From Rhizodiscina lignyota (Eukaryota), in assembly GCA_010015805.1 (NCBI GenBank), contig ML978122.1, positions 496,001-560,000 of the forward strand: a stretch of 64,000 bases of DNA. Reading direction: 5' to 3'. A program made the position numbers and the translations under genes. This document shows, in pieces, positions 50,295 through 60,282 of this stretch (position 1 is the first letter of the stretch; every line of letters begins with the position of its first letter). The notes below the pieces were generated by a model. It was not told the origin of the DNA. It was given only the letters and a program-made list of their open reading frames with translations, and searched no databases.

Positions 50295-50884
50295 ATACCC
50301 CAGCCAATCTACATAGACGACCAGGTTTCTTTGTACATAAACGTCCACGGGCGCCAAGAATTTGGCACCTGCTGCTGCAAGCAATTGTTCCTTTGTCTTT
50401 GGCTTATCACCCCGAGAACTGTTTAATTATATATAGATACATAGAACAAGCTTTACCTTAAATAAACCACTTAGCGGTATCGTATATCTGAAAGTGAGCG
50501 ATGTTATTATTACCTACATTCACTTCAACTACGCGTCGATTGATTCGTGTTCCAGTAGATAATTTGTGGTATCTATTCCCTATGATTTGTACTTTAAGGA
50601 GTAGCAACTACTAAAGGTGGCAAAGTAGTTATATATCTCACTTCGCATGGAGAGCTAATCCCTGACAGAACGGGAGATCGACACAGGGTGCTGGAGCTTT
50701 GACATTGGCCCCACGATCATCGGGAGTCGGCATCGGCGCACGGTTGCGAAATACCACCGTCTGCCGTGCTTGCTTTCTAACTTCGCGACCTGGCCGCCTG
50801 GAATTCCAGAGACGGTGTCAGCTATAAGAAGATGAAATTATTCTCTGCTACGTGAAAGCTCACCCTCAATTTTCTCCAGCGACA

Positions 50885-51736
50885 ATGTTTTACGAACCGG
50901 GAAAGACGGAGCATGGCCTCCCCTATGATCCATTCAAAGTAAGCTCAACAGTAATGTTCTTACGTCTTATTACTCCAATTTATATTGCATCATGATTGTT
51001 TACGCTGGCTGGCTAGGCATGCGTCGTCCCACGGCCCATTGGCTGGATCTCCACAGTTTCCTCCTCCGGCATATACAACCTAGCGCCGTTCTCCCAGTTC
51101 AATAATCTCACCTTCGACCCTCCATATGTCATGTTCTCCGCAAACCAAACTACCACAAGTATGCGGAAAGACTCCGTCGTCAATGCTGAATCCACGGGAA
51201 AGTTCTGCTGGAGCTTGGCGACCTGGGATCTGCGAGAGCAGGTCAACATTTCCAGCGAAGAAGTGCCCCCAGACGTCGACGAATTTGAGCGCGCAGAGCT
51301 TGAGAAAGAGTGGAGCGCGGTGTTGCCCGAAGGCAAAGAGGGCAAGGTGCCAATGGTCAAGGCCAGCCCGGTGAAATTTGAGTGCTTGTATCATTCCACA
51401 GTGCGGTTACCTGGTAACCCACCTATGGGAACTGTAGATGTCATAATTGGCCGTGTGGTGGGGATACATGTGTCAGACGACGTGATAACAGATGGGAAAG
51501 TGGATATCACCAAGACACAACCGATTGCCAGATGTGGATATTATCAGTATGCGGTAGTGAGGGAGACGTTCGACATGATCATACCGGGCATGAATGAGTT
51601 GATTAGGAGTGGAATGGAGGGTAGTGCGAAGAAGAACAAGGCAGCAGCAGAAGGATCTCAGATTGCTGAAGTCGGCATCAATACTGCGACGAATGGCCAA
51701 TCGAAACAGCGCACTCTAGGCGCTCCAAAGGTATGA
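50885..51736 (+). CDS. Flavin reductase-like FMN-binding protein (DIM6/NtaB family)
   Basis: MFYEPGKTEHGLPYDPFK, intron, ACVVPRPIGWIST, NLAPFSQFN, KDSVVNAESTG, SPVKFEC, PIARCGYYQY. Confidence 0.9.
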
Positions 51737-51914
51737 ACGTAGCTGGGTGAAGAGTAGATTTCTGAGCCAGAAGGCTCGCCAGGACGATACCCAGTCTTGC
51801 GTTGAACCAATCTATACATGAGCGCCATTGTACTCCACGCTACAGGTCCTATCCAAAGCCGGGTGATTTGCACTCATTTATCGTGTCAGTATCGTGAAAC
51901 GTGATTCTCATCCA

Positions 51915-52769
51915 TTAAGGCCCCTCTTGACTCTTCGACACCTCGTCGCCAGCATCCACCACGACCCTCCCCAGTGTATCCATCCCCCTCCTCAAGCCCT
52001 CCACAAGTTGTCCCATGGCAGCTACATTATCACCTCCAAGAGCCTTCCTCTTCATCTCATACATCTGCTCCGCCCTGATCTCATGCTCTCTCCTTCCATG
52101 CGACGCACTCTCTGCAGCATCCATGCCCTCAACCTTGAGCATCAGTCCCGGAGCCACTCCGTCGTCAGCGGCCTGACTGGCATCGAACGTAGGGGCATTC
52201 CGTAGGTTTGTGCCGGTAACAGCCCAATCGGCACTCAAACTCTTCGCACTCACCACGCTCTGCCCGTCCGCTGCCATGTCCATCAGCACGTATTGCTCCA
52301 CAACTCCCGGTCGTCGCGGAGGCAGCGCCGCATCTCTTGGCAGCTCATCACCAGCTCTGGTGACGAGCCCTTGGCCTTCTGAATCTATTCGTCGTAATGT
52401 CGCCGTAGCCACTTCGTCTGCGCCCAGACTCCTCAGACTCGCTGCGGTGATGACCTCTGGATCGTCGTCGCTGAAAACATAATGCACGGACGGGTGCGTT
52501 ACCTCCCGTGTGCCGGCATCTTCGACAATCGCGAAAAAAGGCTGGAAACTTCGCGGAGGACGGAGTTGGTCGTCGGTGACAGAGATGTAGGGGGCTGCAG
52601 ATGCGCCGCCGGAGTCGAGACCCGGCGGGAGCGGGAGGTCGTCTTTTAGCGCGGGAGATGCGCGAGCGGAAGAGGTTCGGGAGGTTGTTCGGGGGTTGTC
52701 TTCGTTTGGGAAGACGGATGGGAGGAGAGGTGAGGATGTGGAGTGGCGGTGAGGTTGGTGAGAAGTCAT
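51915..52769 (-). CDS. Conserved fungal protein, possible divergent Atg31 homolog
   Basis: Intronless ORF from MTSHQP; structured blocks FQPFFAIVED, HPSVHYVFSDDD, YVLMDM...VVSAKSLSADWAV and a C-terminal helix; the Atg31 resemblance comes from recalled motifs only. Confidence 0.7.
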   Translation of the reverse strand: MTSHQPHRHSTSSPLLPSVFPNEDNPRTTSRTSSARASPALKDDLPLPPGLDSGGASAAPYISVTDDQLRPPRSFQPFFAIVEDAGTREVTHPSVHYVFSDDDPEVITAASLRSLGADEVATATLRRIDSEGQGLVTRAGDELPRDAALPPRRPGVVEQYVLMDMAADGQSVVSAKSLSADWAVTGTNLRNAPTFDASQAADDGVAPGLMLKVEGMDAAESASHGRREHEIRAEQMYEMKRKALGGDNVAAMGQLVEGLRRGMDTLGRVVVDAGDEVSKSQEGP

Positions 52770-53141
52770 TAGATGGAGGTGGGTGGAGAGTGAGGTGGAG
52801 CTGAAGCGATAGTTAATATACAGGTCACGAGACAATCTTGGGACCGTTATCAAGCGGTTTGCTTCTAGCAAAGGGGCTCGAAATGTGCACAGCGCATTAT
52901 TTGTAGCCCTTCTAACTTCTTTCTCTGGTCAACGTCTTTCGCTCATTGCCTTGTGCCTAATGCTTCGATATCAAACAAGTTCCCAAAGCCAAACACTTGA
53001 AAACCACAACCGATTCTATCTGAACTCCACAAAATGCTTGGGTATCATTGTCGTCCCATTAACTCCCAGTTCATGCCATGCGAAAAGCACCCGTATGTCC
53101 ATAGTGGGCCTATTATGCAGTTTCTGAGCTCGAAGGCGAGA

Positions 53142-53605
53142 CTAACTTTCAGCGTCCCTGGCGTCCGATCCCTTCGCTTTCCACACTGCAGCATTTCAGC
53201 ATCCCTTCACACTCGCGGGCAAAAGTGACTCAGCATACCTTGTCTGCACATCGGACATCTCTCCTGCGATGCCTCTTGCTTGATCCAGTGGAAGATGCAA
53301 TGCTGCAGCAGTACATCGTCAGCACAGTGCTGAAAGTCGCCCCATACGAGACCACCGTTGAAGAGGACCTACCATATGGAAAGAATGGTTGCAATCACCC
53401 ATCACTAGCGAATACCCATCAGCACGCTACTCTCTATCACTCGCGGCTTACACCGAGACTCACATAAAGGACACTCGTCCCCTGGGAACTTGCACTTCGA
53501 GCACGTGCTATCGTACGGATTCCGACATATACCGCAGACGTCATCTTCGGGCATGTCCCAGCGCCATGCGGCGACAGCGCGCCAGTGCTTGATTGTGACT
53601 TTCAT
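53142..53605 (-). CDS. APC11: Anaphase-promoting complex subunit 11 (RING-H2)
   Basis: MKVTIKHWRAVAAWRWDMPEDDVCGICRNPYDSTCSKCKFPGDECPL, then MGDCNHSFHM, HCIFHWIKQEASQERCPMCRQ and VWKAK...; three introns. Confidence 0.95.
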
Positions 53606-56216
53606 AATGGCCGATTTTAATGGCGTTATGAAGATAGAACGACGCGTCGAACGCGTCGTGGCGATCTTCAACATTGCCGCGGTCTTGGCACGAGCAGTTG
53701 ATACACAAAATCAACTTCATCTCCAGTCATTTTCCATTTTGTCCAGTTTCTTATTATATTTCAAAGCTATTCAGTTTCACTACCATATCATGTCAAATGC
53801 TTCTATATTTCACCGGCGTCTCACGTGTTTACTCCGGTCCTTGAAAGAAATATAACTAACGAACTGTTATCACCCCAACCCATATTCCAGTCTCGTACGA
53901 AATGACAAATGTCTGCGGCTGAAAGGTTTGATCCAATATGTTAATGATTCATCTTATTTCGGTCAATAGTGCCCTTGTATTTGACATGATTGTTACAGGG
54001 AAAGATTGCGGCCGCCTGCAGGGAACTGCCTTCATGGATGTCGAAGAAGCCCGAAATACATCTAACCACGACTGACTACTTATCAGATGAGGAGTATCTA
54101 AAGGTAGAAACCAAAGACATCGCACTCTTGTGATGGAACGTGGACAACAAGTCCAAGTCGATCTTCAGGGGACGCAGTTTTGGAGTACCGCGAGAACGCC
54201 AGTAGTATTTTCTCGGCACCTTATGTTGTCAGTAACACTGACGAGCGACTTTCGGACAGCCTAACCTCCTCTTAAAGATGCGGTAAGGGCCGTAATACGA
54301 GACTCGGTCGTGAGGATCGTTTGCCGGACCTCTCAACTGGCCAATGAAATCAGTCAAATCAGTTGCAATATTCCCCGGACCTCAGTTGAGAGACATGGGT
54401 GTCGTTCGCCGGAGTGTCTAGCGTTATCAGATATTGTTTACAACTTGGACTGTATAAAGAGCTCGGAGACTCGAGAGGTGAGGTGCCAGTAGCCGTCTTC
54501 GAGACCACCAACAAGCTAGCGAAATCTCCAACAATTCTTCTGTTGTGCCCTCTTCAAAGCATACGGTATGAACTCCTCATTAGACAGAGCGACTAGCTCT
54601 ACAAGCGATCAGGGATCTTATACGAGTCTTATATCGTGCAATGGTACAAAACCCACCACATATGATGGTTACCGTTAATAACTATTGCATAGGAGACTTT
54701 GGCGATCTATTTTGGCCTTCAGAGAAGGAAGCTGGTAGTGACGGGTCCAGGTGGTCTGAAGAAGAGGGCAGTGAGACTGGCTGGTCGATGACAAACAATG
54801 CTAGGAGCTCGACAGGGGAAACCCCTTCAGCAACGCCACTCAATACAATTGAAAGGTCGAGGACGTGTGTTCAGAGCAGGTCGTCCCAAAAGCAATGCAA
54901 GCTGGAGAAAAACGGCAATCTCGATGTTGGGTTGGAACATTCATGGTCTGACGACGTTTGCCATGAATCGCGGCTGTGGCCGATCAGCTAGACCAAATTT
55001 AGATGGGCATTCAGGGAATAAACGCCACAATTTCCCCCAGGCCTCAGCGATTAGAAGCCAGAGAACATGGATATTTGCCGGACCCATAAAAATACTCGGT
55101 GAGCGGAAAGCAGCAGCGAGCAGGCTGCTATAAAGTGCATGCTTGCCTTTGCCGGACCTCTTTTGTCTCAAGCTCTGTTCTTCGCTGGTCGCTTGATCAG
55201 ACTCTTGGCCGAACTCTCTTTGCCTGTCATGAAAGTATTGAACTGGTTACTTTGGGTCTCATCCCATCTTTACCTTAGGGAGAGGAACGCTCTGTCATTG
55301 AGCTACATGCGCTGAAATATGTCTGTACAGAATGTTGAATTTCTTATAAATTTCCACGTTCAACAAGTCCTAATACCAATCATTCTCCTGCAACGTGGTG
55401 GCTGTGGAGCCGTTCAAATTTCTCGAGCTATAGTCATCGTTCCTTCTGCGACGTACTCCAACTAAGATTGTCCACTCTGACGCGAAATCTTTTCGCGGAA
55501 GAAATCAATGTTGTGACTTGTGGTGCAACAGACGGATGGAATGTATATAGAAAGGCCGCAGGCGTCCCGTTACGATCTTGATGATGAAGGTCAAAGCCAT
55601 TTGCTGCGGAATCGACAGCTAGCAAACACATGTATACAATCGATTGAGAGCTTAATGCTCTTCGATGTTCTAAAGATAGAAATATGAAACGATCATTGCT
55701 CCCGGAGTAGGATATCCATGGTCGCGAATTCTCCATATTCAATAACCAATCTGCATGTCGGAAAAGAGTTGATGATTCAGCAAACTGCAGCGCAATCAAT
55801 CCGGGGTATAGCTGTTCATGAGAACTATCCAATAGTTTGCGCTTCGGTCCGTCGGATTTGCGACAACTTCCCCGCGATCTCTTGTGGTAGCGTAACGGCA
55901 TGCATGTTCGGAAACCTCTAGCCTCACTCCCAAGACTTCACCCCGCAAGTACATCTTCACCGTACTGCGCGTTGAGTGGTTATCTAACGTTGTCCGCGGA
56001 TCTAACTAACTCCGACGCATTGGCAATTTGCTCGTCCCAAGGTCATGGAGACTCTGGGCAGGAGCCGCTCGGCCGTCTGCGGCAATCTTGGGTCGTTTAA
56101 GAGCTTGGGAGAGCGAAGGGAAGCAAATGGCTTGGAAATGCTTGTTGGAGCCTCTGCCTTTACGTACAGCACGAGTCGTGCGAAGCCACTGAAAGTAGAA
56201 TAAAGCCGCCGCGACA

Positions 56217-57873
56217 ATGGCCGATATTGAAAAGCCACACACCGAGCACGGTGAAGACGTCCTGGCCAATTCTCCTGGGGCAGACAAAGAGCAGATTGAT
56301 GAGCTCAAACATTCGATCACGGTCGACACGCTGCATAATGACGAGGCAGTGAAGGTGTTGGCCAATTATACAGGCGAGCAAACATGGACGCCAGAAGAAG
56401 AGAAGAAGCTCGTCCGCAAAATCGATTGGAGACTCCTGACGATCCTCTGCTGTACATATGGCTTGCAATACTATGACAAGGCAATGCTTTCACAGGCTGT
56501 AAGTTCACCCCCCAGAAATGTGTTAACTGTTAGTCCCTTACTCTATTATCAGGCTCTCTTCGGTCTGCGGACTGACCTCGGGCTGACGGTCGGGAACCGC
56601 TACTCCATGTCTGCCGCCATTTTCTATCTTGGTTTCATCTGCGGAGCGTATCCAGCGATCGTCTTGGCCCAACGTTACCCCATTGAGCGAGTCATCTTCG
56701 GCATCGTCTTTCTCTGGGGTGGCTGCTTAATGTGTACAGCGGGTGTCTCTAGCTACAAGACCCTCTATGTCCAGCGCTTCTTCTTAGGGATGCTCGAATC
56801 CGGAGTATCGCCAGCATGGATGTTGGTAGTCGGCGGTTGGTACAAGAAGCAAGAGCAGGCTCTGCGTATGGGCGCTTGGTACTCATCCACCGGCTATGTG
56901 TCGATGGTGTCGCCACTTATCAACTATGGACTGGGACACATCAAGGGATCACTGAGTCCATGGAGATATATGTACCTTGTCGCTGGGGCGATTACAATAC
57001 TGTGGTCGTTTCTGATCCTCTTCATTATGCCTCCGGACCCAATTCGAGCAAAGGGCTTCTCAGATCGAGAGCGCTATATCGCCGTAGCCCGTATGCGAAT
57101 CAACAACTCCGGTGTCAGGAACACGCATTTCAAGCGAGAACAATTATGGGAATTGCTCCTAGATGTCAAGTTCTGGATGGTGTTTGCTATGGCATTCCTG
57201 ATACTGGTCGCCAATGGCCCGGTTTCGACGTTCACACCGATTATTATTAACGATCTCGGATTTAGCGGCCTGAATTCACTGCTGCTTATTATGCCGGCCG
57301 GCTTCATCATTGGAACCAACGAGTGGACCATTCCGTGGCTTGCGATGAAGTTCAAGGGAATGCGAGCATATCTTGTCGCCTTTGCAGTGTGCGGCACAAT
57401 ACTATCCAGCTGCCTCCTGTGGCAGTTGCCGCAGAGTGCCACGGGTGCCAAGCTGTTTGCCGTATACATTCTTGCGTTTTACGGTGGAGGCTATGCTGTC
57501 CTGATGAGTATGCAAATTGCGAATACAGCAGGCTACACGAAGCGGTCTTGTGGCTCCAGTGGCATGTTTGTTGGTTACTGTCTCGGTAGAGGCCCTTGTG
57601 TTAATAGTCCATAATGGTTTGAGCTGACCATATGATGCAGGCAACTTCCTCGGTCCTCTGGTCTTTAAGGAATCCGAAGCGCCGCTCTATCCCACAGGCT
57701 GGATAACCACAGTTGTGACTTCGGCTGCAGCAGTGGTTCTCGTCATCGCCTATCGCTTTGTTTGTTACTTTGATAATAAGAAGAGGGATCAAAGTGGGGA
57801 AGAAGCGTTCGAGCACGCGTATGAGGATGACCTGACTGATAAGAAGAATCCGCAGTTCAGATACACTCTATAA
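56217..57873 (+). CDS. MFS transporter, allantoate permease (Dal5/ACS) family
   Basis: EEKKLVRKIDWRLL, LQYYDK, WYKKQEQALRMGAWY, NTAGYTK, GNFLGPLVF, DLTDKKNPQFRYTL; two introns (the first is in frame). Confidence 0.92.
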
Positions 57874-58385
57874 TTAAGTAGATTGATCGGTTGGCTGAGA
57901 TAAGTTGAGGAGCGTAGATATCAATTCGAGGCGGCAGATGGGACTGCAAATCAGCGCCGGATGAAGATGTGGGTCGTTTCATTAGATTGAAATATGTATA
58001 AATAAAATGAAACGATCCAACAAGAATACTCCAACCAGACCCTTTTTTGAAGGCTTTTGTGGCCTCGTATTTGATCGACAGCTCCTCTATGTCCCTTTCT
58101 CAACCCCAGTGATTGCTCTGTTGGAAGAGAGTTCATCTTCGCCATTTCGTATCGCTACTATTTCATCCCCTCTGTGACTACTCTTGTCTGTCAGTTCATG
58201 GATCCCTGAAGTGCTGAACGCCTGGTGGTCGACCCTGGCTCACAGCGCCTCTCGATGCGCTGTCGACACCCCAGCTGTCACCTCTAATGAAGAGAATACG
58301 ATCAGCATTTTCCTCCATTGTCTCGTTGGTTCTCTGTTGGAGACCAGACAGATGCTGGCCAAGCGTAAAGGCCTTCTCGTCCTGT

Positions 58386-58851
58386 TCAAACCTCGCCATC
58401 CAACGCCTCGAGACCTTGAGCCCCTGCAACGCTCTCCTTCCCAGGCAGAGCCAGCACATCTGTATCCAGCTCTTCCATAGCACCAAGGACGACTCCAAGG
58501 CTCTCGAAGAACCCGTTCGTAGCTACACGCAGCATTCGAGGTGTGGTGGCCGAGTAGAGAACTCGCAGAACAGAATTTTCACTGGCCTCGTCGACTCGGG
58601 CGCCATTCTCTCTGCTTGCACCGTTGCCGTTCGTATCAAAAGAGGATGAACGTGCAGGCACTTTCACGGAAAAGGATCTCCGTACAAATTGAGAGAGTTC
58701 TGGGTCGACTGAGAGCGCTCGAAGTGCGATTGCTGCATGGCGGCCTGAAGGGAAGGGTATGTGGATGTCTCTGCTACGTGGTCAGTCGCTGTTTGGCTCT
58801 ACGTGCAACTTGAACGTACAGCACACACGGAAATTCGGTATTTGAAGCCAT
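58386..58851 (-). CDS. PCC1: EKC/KEOPS complex subunit Pcc1
   Basis: ATG 58851, MASNTEFPCVL; intron GTACGT...CTGAC...TAG(CAG); then IHIPFPSGRHAAIALRALSVDPELSQFVRRSFSV...LRVLYSATTPRMLRVATNGFFESLGVVLGAMEELD, matching the Pcc1 pattern. Confidence 0.82.
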
Positions 58852-59281
58852 TTAGGCTACAAGCAGACCTCTTCCACACGGTGGGGTTGCTACTCCAACT
58901 CCAATGCGCGCATCAGGGGCATGCGAATTGGGAGCGCGAAGCGCGGCGCGGAGCAGTCCCGCGGTCGACATTGGAAGGGTCAACCCCGCAGTGCAAGGAT
59001 TCGCGCGGGATGACGTTGGGGAATGGTAAAAGAGGGGTTCTGCATGCCGATCCATATTGCCAGATGACACGGTGACGGCATGATACATTCACTCTTCGCA
59101 CATCACATGTATGTAATGCATTCAAATAGAGCCTCCTCGCTCCGGGTAGCAGTTTAGCATTTAATAGACCGCGAAGCAAAGCGAACATAGACATTGGAGC
59201 ATAATTCACTTCCTCTTTCTCCTTTCCTCAGTCAAGCTGTGGTCTCTTTCGCATAGAGCAATTCGACATACCGTAATCACA

Positions 59282-59764
59282 ATGACGACTCCATCGCCCT
59301 CAGAATTCCTCACCTTTATGCGCACCGTTTCTCGTCCTGCATCGAGCTGTCTGAGGCAAAGTCTTTCAGCTCGTCCTCAAATACACCAATCAATCGCATC
59401 TCGCTCCTTCGCCTCAGCTTCAGTTCGACAAGCTACCAGCGATCCAAAGCAAAAAGAGCATGTCACCACCAAGAACGAAAGGCTCGATGTCCAGAGCGAC
59501 TCCTCAGCGGAAGCGAAGGCGTATGTCACACTATAGCACATAGTACCACCCCTGTTTTCTTGTGATTCCTCTCTTTGTGTACCAATCACACCTTTGGATG
59601 GGCACTAACGAGCGGCTCACAGGTCGAGAACACGCGGTGAAGGTGGTTCTGCGACAACGCAGTCTGACGAGAGGAATAGTACTGCGAAAGCGAAGAAAGA
59701 CCATCCAGAGGCGCCAGACGTCGTGATCGGGATGCAAGATGAGCGAGGACGGAAGGGTCACTGA
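59282..59764 (+). CDS. Small hydrophilic fungal protein with a mitochondrial-presequence-like N-terminus
   Basis: R/S/A-rich N-terminus (RSFASASVR); intron 59521-59622; exon 2 ends KAKKDHPEAPDVVIGMQDERGRKGH; divergent from PCC1. Confidence 0.75.
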
Positions 59765-60282
59765 AACTAAGTGATGGTAGACTTTCTTTTCAAAGATTTC
59801 ATTTTTAGTATTCCCAATTCCTCCTCAGAAGCACCAGCCGCTTGGTGCTTGTTTCGAGGAGTGAGGCCGATTCCTGAGCGTTCAAGCAAAAACATTGTAC
59901 TTTTAGAGAAGAAGTGGACGGGTCCTTGTACGACAAGGACCCAAAAGGACAAACAAAACACCCGATGTGAAAAGCAATTGCCGACCAACCCTCATCAAAT
60001 GGTTTTCAATGACATGACATGTGTCGAACTGAAGTGATTCAAAATCCCAGACCTCGTCAACATTCAGGAACATTTCTTTATCACTTCAGTTCCACACATT
60101 GCCATGCCATTGAAAACCATTTGATGGAACAAGAAACAAAAGAAAAAAGCAACCACCGACACTCTCCACCCACATCCGCCCCAAACTCATGTGGCTCGTC
60201 GGCCCTTCATCTTCTTCCAGAAGCCCTCCTTTGATCCGGATTGGCCGGATCGAGACGACTGTAATGTAGTAAGCAGTAACTG

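Noticed and set aside
20116..51736. Secondary-metabolite biosynthetic cluster (suggested by PhyH and IPNS-like oxygenases and SDRs)
   Set aside because: No PKS, NRPS, terpene synthase, DMATS or RiPP precursor is visible, and C-N hydrolases and importers dominate; non-canonical biosynthesis cannot be fully excluded
53950..55150. Possible decayed gene relic on the plus strand (protein-like fragments broken by stops)
   Set aside because: No recognisable motif or consistent exon structure; it would need tBLASTx support
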